A DNA stretch of 63,882 nucleotides, filler included, from Chiloscyllium plagiosum (Eukaryota), in the NCBI RefSeq assembly GCF_004010195.1. It is 3 parts of one record of this genome, joined end to end, with 100 filler letters (N's around TTAATTAATTAA, not from the genome) between each part and the next. Parts side by side here need not be neighbours in the genome. Positions count along the whole stretch, not along the records: positions 1 to 31,232 come from NC_057716.1; 2 more parts are not named here. The stretch is one strand, 5' to 3'. The notes under the pieces are model-generated. The model searched no databases. It was given only the letters and a program-made list of their open reading frames with translations, and was not told the DNA's origin. Numbering within the stretch: position 1 is the stretch's first letter; every line of letters begins with the position of its first letter. A program made the position numbers and the translations under genes. This document shows, in pieces, positions 1 through 11,719 of this stretch.

Positions 1-1212
1 GTAACACTTACGTACATCAACACCTGCCTGCCTCCCCCTTTTTTCTGAAAAAGAACACCATTTATTGTGTGTAATTTTTCAGAAATAAGGAGGAAAAATG
101 GCTCTTTGTAATCCAAGACCGCTAAATCAGCAACCCACGTTAAGGCCCGTTTAAGAGATATGAAACTTTCATCTGCCTCCGTAGTCCACTGCAAATGGGC
201 CGACAAATTTCTCATACCTTGCTCATTTACCATGGCCCTGAGAGGGAAAGTGAGCTCCCCATATGATGCAATAAATTGTCTACTGTATCCTGCCAACCCT
301 AGGAAATGAGAGATGTCTTTTACAGTGACTGGTTTGGTATGATGCAGAATGGAGGATCTATGGGACGGAGACACACCTGTTCCCTTAGCAGAAATAACTC
401 TACCCAAAAAAGACACCGTTTGTCTGCAGCATTGCAATTTAACCCGTGAAACTTTGAAACTGACACTATACAGGTGAAGCAGCAACGACTTTGTGACTTC
501 CAAACAAGAAACATGATCGGGTGCTGCCAAAAGAATGTCATCCAAATACTGGATCAATACCACCCGCTTTGGGAGCGTCAGATCCTTCAGCTGCTGTTTC
601 AGTACCTGATTAAACACCCCAGGTGACAAAATAAACCCTTGAGGGACCCTTGTATAACGTAGTTGTTGGCCTTTATAGGTAAATGAAAAAAATGTCCCTG
701 AAATGATCAGCTAAGGGCAAACAGAAGAACGCGTTGGCCAGATCAATGCACAAGAACCACTTATGGTCAGGGGTCAGCACAGACATCGCAGTGTAAGGGT
801 TTGGAACTGGAACTGTTGGAGTAGAAACGACACTATTGATCCGTCTAAGATCATGCGCCATCCTATATTTACCTGTATTCTGCTTCTCTACAGGTAAGAT
901 AGGGGTGTTCCAAGCTGACTGGGAGGGTTCTAGCACCCCTGCTGCTAACAATCCTTAAATTGTGTCGGCAATTGTGTCAGCCTCTGGTTTATGTGAGTAT
1001 TGTCCCTGCCAAATCGGAGTGTGGTCTATTAAATCAAATGTGATTGGTGTGACGTGTTTACAGTAACCAACGTCCGTTGAACTTGCTGACCACAAGGTAT
1101 CTGGTAGAGAGTCAAGCATCGCCGCAGCCTGTGGATGGTCTGTTTTTTCCCTGCTGTGAAACCTTTCAATCTGCCTATGTTCCAGCAGTACCTTGTCAGT
1201 TGTCCTGTACAT
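1..1212 (-). pseudogene. pol: ERV pol: reverse transcriptase (disrupted)
   Basis: ORF pieces give LWS..TDVG, SAWNTPILPVEK, YRMAHDLRRIN, VPNPY and WFLCIDLANAFFCLPL. Manual translation adds YTRVPQGFILSPGVFNQ and LIQYLDDILLA (YLDD at 537-548). Confidence 0.93.
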
Positions 1213-1263
1213 AATTCTATAGGCTTCCTCTGATGGTGAATATTGTAAACCGGGTAACTGAAT

Positions 1264-1690
1264 TCACACCCAGTCCGTTAGCACCATCAAGCGTTTGGAC
1301 ATAGGTCCCAGATCCTTGGCCTGATATTCAGCATGCACGGCCAATGTGACATGAGGTATAGCTTCTTCAGACATCTCATACCATTCCAACTGTTCTGCAG
1401 TTAATTCAACAACACCCGCCACACCTTCTTTTCCGAACAGAATGCAACTGGAGGAAATATCCCATTGAGTCCTTTCTAGATGCTGATAGAATGCATGCTG
1501 ATAAATTTCATTATCATCTCCATCATAATATAAAGTAACATGAAGGGGATCTGCAGGAGGAGCATAGGGATGCAGCATCTGAACCCAGGGACGCCATTGG
1601 CTGTATAAAGACTGTATACCGTTGTTCTGCCAGCTTTCGGGTTCGAGAAGTCCCCAGTATATATTTGCCCACTGCCCTTCTGCCATTGGT
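1264..1690 (-). CDS. 2H phosphoesterase (CNPase/2',5'-PDE-like) domain within ERV pol
   Basis: ORF 1264..1815 contains PLHVTLYY (HVT 1534-1542) and IPHVTLAV (HVT 1345-1353). These are two HxT motifs 63 codons apart, between protease and RT. Confidence 0.85.
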
Positions 1691-1772
1691 GATGTGTCTG
1701 GTGATAACATCATTTGGGATCCAGAGTGAATCATTGTCATAGAACAGTTGACAGAATAGCCATTTGGAAAGG

Positions 1773-2090
1773 TCACCACCAGCCCGTCCAGTCCGCGCAG
1801 AACCGAGACCCACATCTCACCAGCAAGTCACAACCCATCAGATTCATAGGGCATGCAGGTGATGAAATATACTGGTGACGAAAAGTCTGTCCGGCCACTG
1901 ATGTGATCAGTGGCGATGTCAAAGGCAGAATTTCTGGTTTACCCGAGAACCCTACTAACTGGACGCTGGAGGATGGCATGCTTGACCGAGGTATATCACA
2001 AATGATGGTAGAAAATCTTGCACCCGTGCCAACCAAAAAAGGCAGGTTCTTGTCCATTACCCTCATTTGCATATAGGGGTCTGTCAACCC
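1773..2090 (-). pseudogene. pro: ERV aspartic protease (catalytic Asp mutated)
   Basis: LPFLVGTGARFSTI (LVDTGA consensus, D>G), VQLVGFSG and CPMNLMGCDLL. Confidence 0.9.
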
Positions 2091-2116
2091 CACATGCCCC
2101 TGGATTCTCGGTCCCG

Positions 2117-5100
2117 TCAATATTCGTATCCCTGCCCTTCCGGGATAGTCTGGGGGTACTGTCCTTGCACCGGGGCTGCAGCTACATTTGGGGCTTGGTA
2201 AGGTTGAGGAAGCTGTTGAAAAGGAGGCTGACTTGAGCGGACATACTGTCCTCGGATCAATCTCTGGCCTCCCTGGGTTCCCCACAACATGGGAATTCCG
2301 TCTCCAATGCCCGGGCTGGCCACATTCAAAACAGGTGTTGAGTGGCTGACCTCTGAATCCTCCCCGGCTCCTTCCTCTACCACGCATTCCTCCTGGAACA
2401 CCTATAGGTCTGCCCCCATATTGGGGGTAGGGTGGCATCCAATCAGGTGTTAGATCTAAACTCGACAGGTTATTTTGTGGCGACGGCCACTGAACCATCT
2501 GATTAGTTGTCTTTTGGGAGGCCTTCTTTATATCATTAGCCTTCCTCCTAGCCTCATCGAGCTGTAACTTCAGCAACTGCACTTGAACTGACTCATTGCT
2601 CTGTTTGTCTTCATCCTGTTTTGTCCTGTAACGCTTCATTTGGTGCGTCAAATGTTTTTCCCACTGTTCTGTAGAACAACCTGGGATGTCAGGATTACTC
2701 CCCATTGCCTCTTTTACTTCCTTAGGCATCCCTGCCATAACGGCATTCCTAAATAATGTGGTCTGTAGCTGACCCGACCCTGGATGGCTCCCCACAGTAA
2801 CTGTCCACTTGTCCTTACACCTAGCCAAAAAGGCAGACATATCCTCACCCTCCTTCATTGTGAAGGTGAGTGAGTGTATCGCTCCCAGTGGAATCGGGAA
2901 TCTTTCCCTCATTGCCCTTCCCACACAGGTGGCATGCTGCACAAACGGTTCCGAATCAGGTAGTAAGGTGGTCCCCGCAGACGCTTCAATCTGCTGTATT
3001 TCCCACATATTCAATTGCTTGCCCAACAATGCTCTCCAATCACACATAGCTAACTTGTGCCCGAGTGTATATTGGCAAAATTTAGTCATCCAAGGCCCAC
3101 CTCCCTCCATGGGTGGGGGCATTTTATCCAGGATGCGGTTCATGTCAGTAAATGTGAAGGGCTGATAAACATCCCCCAAATAAGAGCCTCTGTAAATTAA
3201 TGGCATTTGGTGGTGCTGATACTGTACGGGTTGTCGTAATTTGTCTCTGTGACGCAGGTTGTAACTTGGTTCAGGTAGGGGCTTCAGTGGAGGGCTATGT
3301 TCGGTATGCATTGTGAGTGAGCCTTTCAAAGTGACATGGTAGGTGTTTGGATCATCGTCTGTCAGAGATTCTTCGTCCTCAATATCTATACTACTTTTAG
3401 ACTCCTCCCCATCTAATTTCTCTCTATCCCGTTCTTCCCTCAAATCTCTCCTTCTTCTGCCTGAGAACCCATCATCCAATAACTGACCTGAATCATGTAA
3501 TCTTCCCCTCTTTTCATTCTCAGCACTATACGGTGTTGAGTGAGCATCTGGCTCCTGCACTGATGAATATCTCCCCTGTTTTGGCTGTTCTTTGTTTCTG
3601 CTGTGCGTCATTATCACCCTGCTTGCTTCCTCCGCTTCCTTAACTCTCTGTTCAGCTTCTAGTGTTAGTTTTTCTACTTTTCTGATACTTTCTTCTACAG
3701 CTTCCGCCAATCTCTGTTTTACTACGTTGTACTCTCTTGTTCCTACTTCTTGCACGGAGAAAGTGAGGTCTGCAGATGCTGGAGATCAAAGTTGAAACTT
3801 TATTGCTGGAACAGCATCTACTACAAACCAACCGACTCCCACAGCTACCTGGACTACACCTCCTCCCATCCTGCCCCCTGTAAAAACGCCATCCCATTCT
3901 CCCAATTCCTTCGTCTCCGCCGCATCTGCTCCCAGGAGGACCAGTTCAAAATACGTACAACACAGATGGCCTCCTTCTTCAAGGACCGCAATTTCCCCCC
4001 CGACGTGGTCGACGATGCCCTCCACCGCATCTCCTCCACTTCCCGCTCCTCCGCCCTTGAGCCCCGCCCCTCCAACCGCCACCAGGACAGAACCCCACTG
4101 GTCCTCACCTACCACCCCACCAATCTCCATGTACAGCGCATCATCCGCCGTCACTTCCGCCACCTCCAAACAGACCCCAGCACCAAGGATATATTTCCCT
4201 CCCCTCCCCTATCAGCTGTCCGTAGAGACCACTCCCTCCGCGACTCCCTTGTCAGATCCACACCCCCCACCGACCCAACCACCCGAAACGTCGAATCTCC
4301 TGTTCCCTGGATGCTGCCTGACCTGCTGTGCTGTTCCAGCAATAAAGTTTCAACTTTGATCTCCAGCATCTGCAGACCTCACTTTCTCCTCGTATATTGA
4401 GAAAACCTTACCATCCACGGCCTACCCCCCTCCATGGGTGGGGGCATTTTATCCAGGATACAGTTCATGTCAGTAATTGTAAAAGGCTGATAGACATTCC
4501 CCAGATAAGAGCCTCTGTAAATTAATGGCATTTGGTGGTGCTGATACTTTATAGGTTGTCGTAATGTGTCTCTTTGACGCAAGTTGTAACTTAGTTCAGG
4601 GAGGGGCTTCAGTGGAGGGCCATGTTCAGTATGCATTGTGAGTGAGCCTTTCAAGGTGACCGGGTAGGTGTTTGGATCATTGTCTGTCAGGGATTCTTTG
4701 TCCTCAATATCTATACTACTTTTAGACTCCTCCTCATCCAATTTCTCTCTATCCTGTTCTTCCCTCAAATCTCTCCTTCTTCTGTCTGAGAACCCATCAT
4801 CCAGTAACTGACCTGAATCATGTAATCTTCCCCTCTTTTCATTCTCAGCACTATATGGTGTTGAATGAGCATCTGGCTCCTGCACTGGAAAACATCTCCT
4901 CTGTTTTAGCTGTTCTTTGTTCCTACTGTGCATCATTGTCACCCTATTTGCTTCCTCCGCTTCCTTAACCCTCTGATCAACTTCTAATGTTAATTTTTCT
5001 ACTTTCTAATGCTTTCTTCCTCCTGTTCCCTGGATGCTGCCTGACCTGCTGTGCTGTTCCAGCAATAAAGTTTCAACCTACTTCTTGCACATCTAACACC

Positions 5101-5645
5101 CCTTCTTGCACATACATAAGTGGCATTTGTATTACAGGATATGGGGGCGGTGATTGTACCACAGGCAATTTAGGATATCATGGCGCAGATGGTCCTGCAT
5201 TTTCTGTCTCCTTTGTCAGTTCTATTGTAGAGGTACCACCTACTCCCTTTTGTAATGTTTCTACCGCCATACAGGCCAACGTCATGTTGTGCAGATGAAT
5301 CCTCCTCTCTTCTTTCTCCCCGCCTTCTTTTGTCCACTTTCTTCTAACTAATATTGACCCTTTCTTTCCCTTCATGTGTTCTTCTACTTCTAATTTAGCT
5401 TGCTCTTCTGCTTTTCCTAAAATCAGTGACAATTTCTTCCTCTCCTTATCTTTAGGGACTTTGCCCTGTTTCTGTAATTCCTCCCAAATCTTATCATATT
5501 TCTCCATCATTGTTTTTTGTTTGTTCTTTGCAAGCCCACTGACTAACTGACTTCCGGCTTTACCCCACTGCTGTTTTACGGGCAACATCAAATCGGAAGA
5601 ACATCCTCCGTATTCTTCACACTCTTTATCAAACTCCCCTTCCAT
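2117..5645 (-). pseudogene. gag: ERV gag (interrupted and partly duplicated)
   Basis: ORFs 5178..5645, 4379..4942, 1773..3755 and 2117..2401. Capsid-like region, RG-rich stretch and zinc knuckle CFECGQPGHWRRN; probable stop TGA at 2117-2119. Confidence 0.88.
3756..4389 (+). mobile_element. Young Penelope-like element fragment with inverted tail copies
   Basis: Encodes YYKPTDSHSYLDYTSSHPAPCKNAIPFSQFLRLRRICS (PLE RT C-terminus/thumb). 3756-3816 is the exact reverse complement of 4329-4389; CpG-rich. Confidence 0.9.
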
Positions 5646-6262
5646 TTTATGTATTTTTATTTTAATCCTCCCGTCCAGTAGTCAGTTGGTTTGGATATAA
5701 ATATAACCGAGCAACCAACCCAATCAGAGACAAATCCGATGGGTAGTCAGTTTGGATGGAATACACCAGAGCAACTGACCCTTTCAGCGAGATTTATCAG
5801 CAGTTTCGTTGTCACCGTTAGGTTTCCACTACTGACTCTCTCTCACTGAAACACCACCTTCAAAACGCTACTGGCTTTTCTACCACCCTCCGTACATTCC
5901 CCAATATAAGTTTTAAAACCTACAACACAATCATACACCACAATTTGTGAGCGTTGCTTTTATGAGATCCTGCTCAATGGACTTTAAACCTCCTCACATT
6001 TACGTACCTTGTTGCTTTTATGGGGACTCTAACCCCAAGGGACTTTAAACCCGTACGTACTATATCAATACTTTATCCACTTACTATTACTAGGACACTT
6101 GCAGTATAATGACAACAATCAATTTAGTATCTCCAATTGCAGAACTTCGATGTAAACAGGCATCTGTTCACCTTTTTTTATACGGCGCCGCTGGTTGTTG
6201 TCATCAAACGTCAGTTGTCCGTTGTTTCTATTTTTCTCTCTTTCCGTCACTTCTCTGTCTTC

Positions 6263-6280
6263 ATCACGTCGGGGTCACCA
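6263..6280 (-). promoter_or_regulatory. Primer binding site, tRNA-Trp
   Basis: The minus strand reads TGGTGACCCCGACGTGAT, the canonical 18-nt tRNA-Trp PBS, 3 nt after the LTR-terminal CA. Confidence 0.95.
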
Positions 6281-6283
6281 ATT

Positions 6284-6888
6284 TGATGGACTTTGGCTCA
6301 ATCTACCAACTTACTTTCTTCTATGTGTGAACCAAGTCCTGCGTGTTCTTTTAAATGAAGCAATAGAAGATATTCGGTCTCACACCCTTAATTTATTTTA
6401 AACAGTAAGTGGATAAAGCATTCAGAGCTCTGGGTCTAAACCTTTTTATCTCTGACAAACTACAAAGTGTGCCAGTTCAAAAAGTAAGACCCCATTCTGT
6501 CCCTGACCCAGTCTTTTTATATAATAAAAAACGTCATACAATCACTGAGGTAGAATTATCTTCTGAATGGCTGTTGATCTGACTCCATTCTCCGCCTCCT
6601 CGCATTCCCGGATGTCCGACCCCACGTGACCTTCTTTTGCCCGCGAAACGGAGCATCACGAGACCTCCTCGGCCCGCGAAAAGGAGCATCACGTGACCTC
6701 CTCGCACTCTTCTGGGGCGTGAAACGGAACGGCACGTGACCGCCCCACACTCTTCTGGGGCGCGAAACAGAATGTCACGTGACCGCCCCGCACTCTTCCG
6801 GGGTGTGAAACGGAACCGGCTTCCGAATGCTGAATACATTTACACTCGCAGCCAGCCTTCTATTTTACAAGTAAGCCATATATTTACA
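6284..6888 (-). repeat. ERV 5' LTR (~605 bp)
   Basis: The minus strand starts TGTAAAT where Penelope homology stops and ends CATCA before the PBS. TATA box at 6515-6521, AATAAA at 6392-6397, tandem enhancer-like repeats at 6620-6820. Confidence 0.85.
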
Positions 6889-8785
6889 GTACTGAACTTG
6901 GCCATCAGCCTCTGCTCGGTCACTGTATTGTTGTGTGTCCCATAGTCAGCCTTGGAGGATGATCACCCAAAGGTCCTTAGCTGAATATCCCTGACCACTG
7001 AAGTGTTCCCAACTGGGATGGAACACCCTTGTCTGACGATTTTTGTGCGGTGTCTATTCATCTGTTGTTGTAGCATGCGCTTGGTCTTGCCAATGTACCA
7101 TGCCTCGGGGCATCTTTGCCTGCAGTGTATGAGATAGATAGCATTGGCTGAGTCACCTGAGTACCTGCCACATAAATGGTGGGTGGTGTCCCCACAGGTA
7201 GTAGTGGTATCCTTGTCGATACTCTGAAACGTCTTGCAGTGGTTGCCCTGATAGAGTTGTATGGTGTTGTGGTCAATATTGTTCTGAAGTCTGGGAAATT
7301 TGCTGTGAACAAACTGTCTGTTTCAGGTTTGTTGGTTGTTTAAAAGCAAGATGTGCAGGCATAGGGCGAGGTGCTCATCCTCACTGATAATGTGTTGCAG
7401 ACTGTGAAGAACATGGCGTAGTTTCTCCGCTCCTGGGAAGTACTGGACAATGAAGGGTACCCTATCGGTCACATCCCGTGTCTATCTCCTGAGGAGGTCA
7501 TTACTGTTTCTCGCTGTTGCACGTTGGAACTGTCATTCGATGAATTGAACATTGTATCCGGTTCTTATGAGGATGTTCTTCAGCATCTCCTAGTGTCTGT
7601 CATGTTCCTCCTCATCTGAACAGATCCTATGTATGCATAGAGTTAGTCTATAGGGGATGGCTCTTTTAATATGTTACGGGTGGAAGCTAGAGAAGTGCAG
7701 CATTGTGAGGTTATCTATAAGTTTGTGATAGATTGTGGTACTGAGGTCCCCGTCCTTGTTGGAGATGTGCTTGTTCAAGAATGAGACAGATACTAAAGGG
7801 TCGTCCATGTTAAGTCTGATGATGGGATGAAACTTGTTGATATCACTGTGTAGTTGTTTCAGTGACTCCTCACCATGGGTCGAGAGGCAGAAAATGTTGC
7901 AACTATATATGGTGTATAGTGCTGGTTGGAGGTCTTGTGCAGCAAAGAAGTCTTGTTCTAAGCTGTACATGAAAATTTTAACATACTGGGGTACAAATTT
8001 GGTCCTCATGGCTCTTCCATGTGTCTGGATGAAGAACTGGTTGTCAATGCTGAAAACGTTGTAGTCTAGGATGAAGTGGATGAGTTGTAGAATGGTGCTC
8101 GGAGAGTGGCAGTTGTTGGGATTGAGTACTGAGCCCTTTGCCGCGATGCCGTCATTGTGGGGGATGCTGGTGTAGAGCACTGATACATCCAATGTGACGA
8201 GGAATGTTCCCAGTTTGACCAGTCCGTGGGTGCTGAGTTTCTGTAAGAAGTCTGTAGTATCGTGACAGACACTGGGGGTCCTCTGTAGATTGTTTCAAGA
8301 TGCCTTCAACATAGCCAGAGAGGTTCTCACCCAGGGTTCCGTTGCCTGACACAATGGGACGAGCAGGTGTGTTGGCTTTGTGTTTCTTCAGACGGCAGTA
8401 GAAGTCCCCTCCACGAGAAGTACATGGGATGAGAGTACATAGGGAACTCTGTAGGACTGGATCAAAAGTCTTGATCAATGCGTTTATTTCAGGGGTATGT
8501 TCTTTGGTCAGATCGGCTGGTAATTGTCTGTGATGTTCCTGGTTGTTCAGTTGTCAGTACACCTCCTTGCAGAAATTCATTCTATTCAGAATGACAATCA
8601 CCCCCCCATTATCTGTCGGTTTGATGACAATGTTGTGATTGGTTTTGAGAGCATGGATGGCATTGCATTGAGATTGGGTGATGTTTTGCTCTACCTTGTG
8701 GGTGCAGCTGATGAATCTGGCACTTACACATTTCCTGATGGCTTGAGCATGCGTATCAAGCACAGGGCATGTTGTCAAGGCCAGG
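6889..8785 (-). mobile_element. Penelope-like element (RT + GIY-YIG), degenerate; target of the ERV insertion
   Basis: ORF remnants PARPIVSGNGT, DVSVLYTSIPH, QTHGRAMRTKFVPQY and HFSSFHP; GIY-YIG region at 6890-7170. Confidence 0.9.
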
Positions 8786-9154
8786 GCAGGTCAAGCCATG
8801 TACTCATGTGACTCAGCCAGTGTTATTTATCTCATACGCTGCAGGCAAGGATGCCCCAAGGCATGGTACATTGGCGAGACCAAGCAGACACTATGACAAC
8901 GGATGAATGGACACCACGTAACAATCACCAGACAGGGATGTTAGATCCCGGTCAGGAACACTTCAGCGGTCAGGGACATTCGGCCTTGGATCTTCACGTG
9001 ACCATCCTCCAAGGTCGACTTCGGGATACGCAACAACACAGAGTGGCCGAGCAGAGGCTGATAGCCAGGTCTGGTGCCCATGAGGATGATGTCAACAACG
9101 ACCTTGGGTTCACATCACACTACAGGTTATCCCACTGCATTATACACACACAGT

Positions 9155-9194
<40 letters not shown>

Positions 9195-9775
9195 CTCTCG
9201 CTCCCTCATATGCATGCATGCACACGTATGAGTCTATGGAGTGAATTTGCATTGACACAATTGTGATTGCAGATACATTCAATTTTGTTCAAAAAGCACA
9301 CAATCTGCAGGCAGTCAATACAGGCAGTCAATCCATGTACTATTTTATAAATTCTTCTTGGGAAATAGCACCAGCCTGACTCAAGGTGGGATACAGACAG
9401 ACTCTAACCTCACACCTTGACTGCATTATCTGAGCTGAGATGTCACCTCTTTTTTAATAAAACCTTAAGTTATTTCAAGAATGCGACTTGAAAGAAGTTC
9501 TGGGGTTTATATATTAATGAACTGAAACCTGCAACCCATTCTAAAAGATGAAAGACTTAACAGCAATCTAGGTTTGTTTGATATATCATATCAGTTGCAT
9601 GCAAGACACTGTGAGCTTTTGCTATGCATTCTGCATCTTATAATCCTGCTCCACAGCCACCTGATGAAGGAGCAGTGCTCTGAAAGCTTGTACTTCCAAA
9701 TAAACCTGTTGGTCTATAACCTGGTGTGTGTTTTTTAACATTGTCCACTCCAGTCTGATACCAGAACCTCCCCAT
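8786..9775 (+). mobile_element. Inverted Penelope 3' part (GIY-YIG, microsatellite, hammerhead-containing tail)
   Basis: Translates to VIYLIRCRQGCPKAWYIGETKQTL and is an inverted homolog of 6890-7170. (CT)n at 9160-9200; CTGATGA-AG-GAGC-AGT-GCTC-TGAAA at 9661-9686. Confidence 0.88.
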
Positions 9776-10159
9776 CCTGTATAACTGAAGCATAACCTAC
9801 CTAGTTTTGCATTCAATTCCCCTTGCAATAAAACATAACATCCTAGTAACTTTCCTGATTACTTGCTGTACCTGTATACTAACTTTCCATGACTTATACA
9901 AAAGACACCCAGATTTCTCTGCATCTCAGACCTCTGCATCTTCTCACTGTTTTTATTCTTTCTGCCTAAATAGACAATTTTGCACTTTCCCACATTCTAC
10001 TCATTGGCCAGACCTTTGCTCACTCACTTGATCTATCTATAATCCTTTATAGGCTCATTCTATCCTATGCACAGCTCACTTTCTTATCCATCCTTGTGTC
10101 ATCAGCAAAATTAGCTAGAATACCTTCGATCCCTTCATCCAAATCATTTATGCCATGTA

Positions 10160-11700
10160 ATAAGTTGTCCTTTGGAAGGCGGTGATGAGCTGCTTTTTTG
10201 AACCACTACAATCTATTGCACAATGCTATTAGAAAGAGAATTCCTAGATTTCGATACAGCAACACCAAAGAAGCAATGATATATTTCCAAGTCAAGATGG
10301 TGAGTGGCTCAGACTGAAATCTGCAGGTGGGTAGTGTTCCCATATAATTACTGCCTTTGTCCTTCTACATACTAATGGTCATGGATTTAGAAGATACCAT
10401 CTAAGATGTCTTGATGATTTTCTGCAGTACCTTTTGTAGATGGTACACCCTGCTGCTACTGAGTGTTGCTGGTAGTAGAGTGAATATTTGTTGATGTGTT
10501 ATCAATCAATGGACTACTTTGTCCCAGATGATGTTAAACATCTTGAGTGTTTTATCCACTTGAGGGATATGGGCATCACTGTCTGGGCCAGCATTTATTG
10601 CCTGCTCCTGGTTGCCCTTGCGAAGGTGGCACTGAATTGCCTTCTTGCACCGTTGCATTCCCTGTACCACAACGCCATTAAGGAGGTCATTCCAGGATTT
10701 TGACTGAGTGATGGTAAATGAATGGTGATATATTTCGAAGGCAGGATGGTGAGTGTGGCTTGGAAAGTAACTTAAGGTGGTAGCATTCTCATGTATCTGC
10801 TGCCTTTGTCCTTTGAGATGGTAGTGATAGTGAATTTGGATTAAACATTGCTGTCTAAGATGCTTCAGTGAGTTTTATTCAGTGCATCTTGTAGATGGTA
10901 TGCACTGTTGCTTCTGAACATCAGTGGTGGAGGGAAAACAGTTCTAGAAGCTTCACTCATTCAGGCAAGTGGGGAAGTACTACATGGTATTCCTGACTTT
11001 GCCTTGTGGATGATGGACAGCCTTTTGGGAGACAGAAGATGAGATACTCACTGTAGAATTCTGAATTTATGACTTTTTGTTGTAGCCACAGAATTTATAT
11101 TGCTAGTCAGTCTCTGGTCAATGGTAAACTCAAGAATGTTGACTCTGGAGTATTTAGTAATTGTAATATCACTGGATATCAAAGGGTGATGCTTGGATTC
11201 AATTTTGTTGGACTATTGACTAGCATTTGTGTGACGGAAATGTTACTAGCCACTTGACAGTCCAAGCCTGGATAATTGTCTTGGTCTTGCTGAATTTGGA
11301 AAATGAATTGCTTCAGTAACTGAAGAGTTGTAAACAGTGTTGAATTTTGTGCAATCATCAAGGAACACCCCTACTTCTGATCTTATGATGGAAGGAAGGT
11401 CATTGATGAAGCAGCTGAAGATGGTTGGGTCTAGGACACTACCCTGAGGAACTCCCGCAGAGATATCCTGGAACTGGGAAGATGTCCTGGAGCTCCAACA
11501 ACCGTAAACGTCTTCCTATGTGCCAGCAGAGATTCCAATCGGATTTTTCCATCTGATTCAGATTTAATCCAGATTTTCTCGGATTATTTGATGTAAAAAA
11601 CAGTCACATGCTACCTTGATTTCAAGGGCAATCATCTCACCTCTCCTCTGGAATTCAACCGTCTGTCCATGTTTGAACTGAGGCTGTAATGAGGTCAAAG
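10160..11700 (-). mobile_element. Old LINE RT/3' fragments with internal duplication
   Basis: 10165-10550 resembles 10610-10940. Same family as plus-strand copies at 15540-16180 and 50700-52000; its 3' tail is shared with the SINE at 47848-48186. Confidence 0.6.
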
Positions 11701-11719
11701 TCAGAAGTTACACAATACC

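Larger units (their letters stand above)
1..6888 (-). mobile_element. Endogenous retrovirus (fish epsilon-like/class I, ZFERV/SSSV-type organisation); 5' LTR-PBS-gag-pro-2H-RT, truncated by the window edge
   Basis: LTR (TG..CA), 18-nt tRNA PBS, CCHC knuckle, aspartic protease motif and retroviral RT motifs occur in the correct order on the minus strand, with several stops and frameshifts. Confidence 0.93.

Noticed and set aside
1773..3755. 660-aa ORF as an intact or domesticated gag-pro gene
   Set aside because: It lacks the true N-terminus, has a broken zinc knuckle and a D>G protease, and appears to be a frameshift mosaic.
6620..6825. CRISPR-like repeat array
   Set aside because: Degenerate tandem units without unique spacers, inside a vertebrate LTR.
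6902..6907. CCATCA as the LTR boundary (perfect inverted match to TGATGG at 6284)
   Set aside because: Penelope homology continues through it to 6889, so the LTR starts at 6888.
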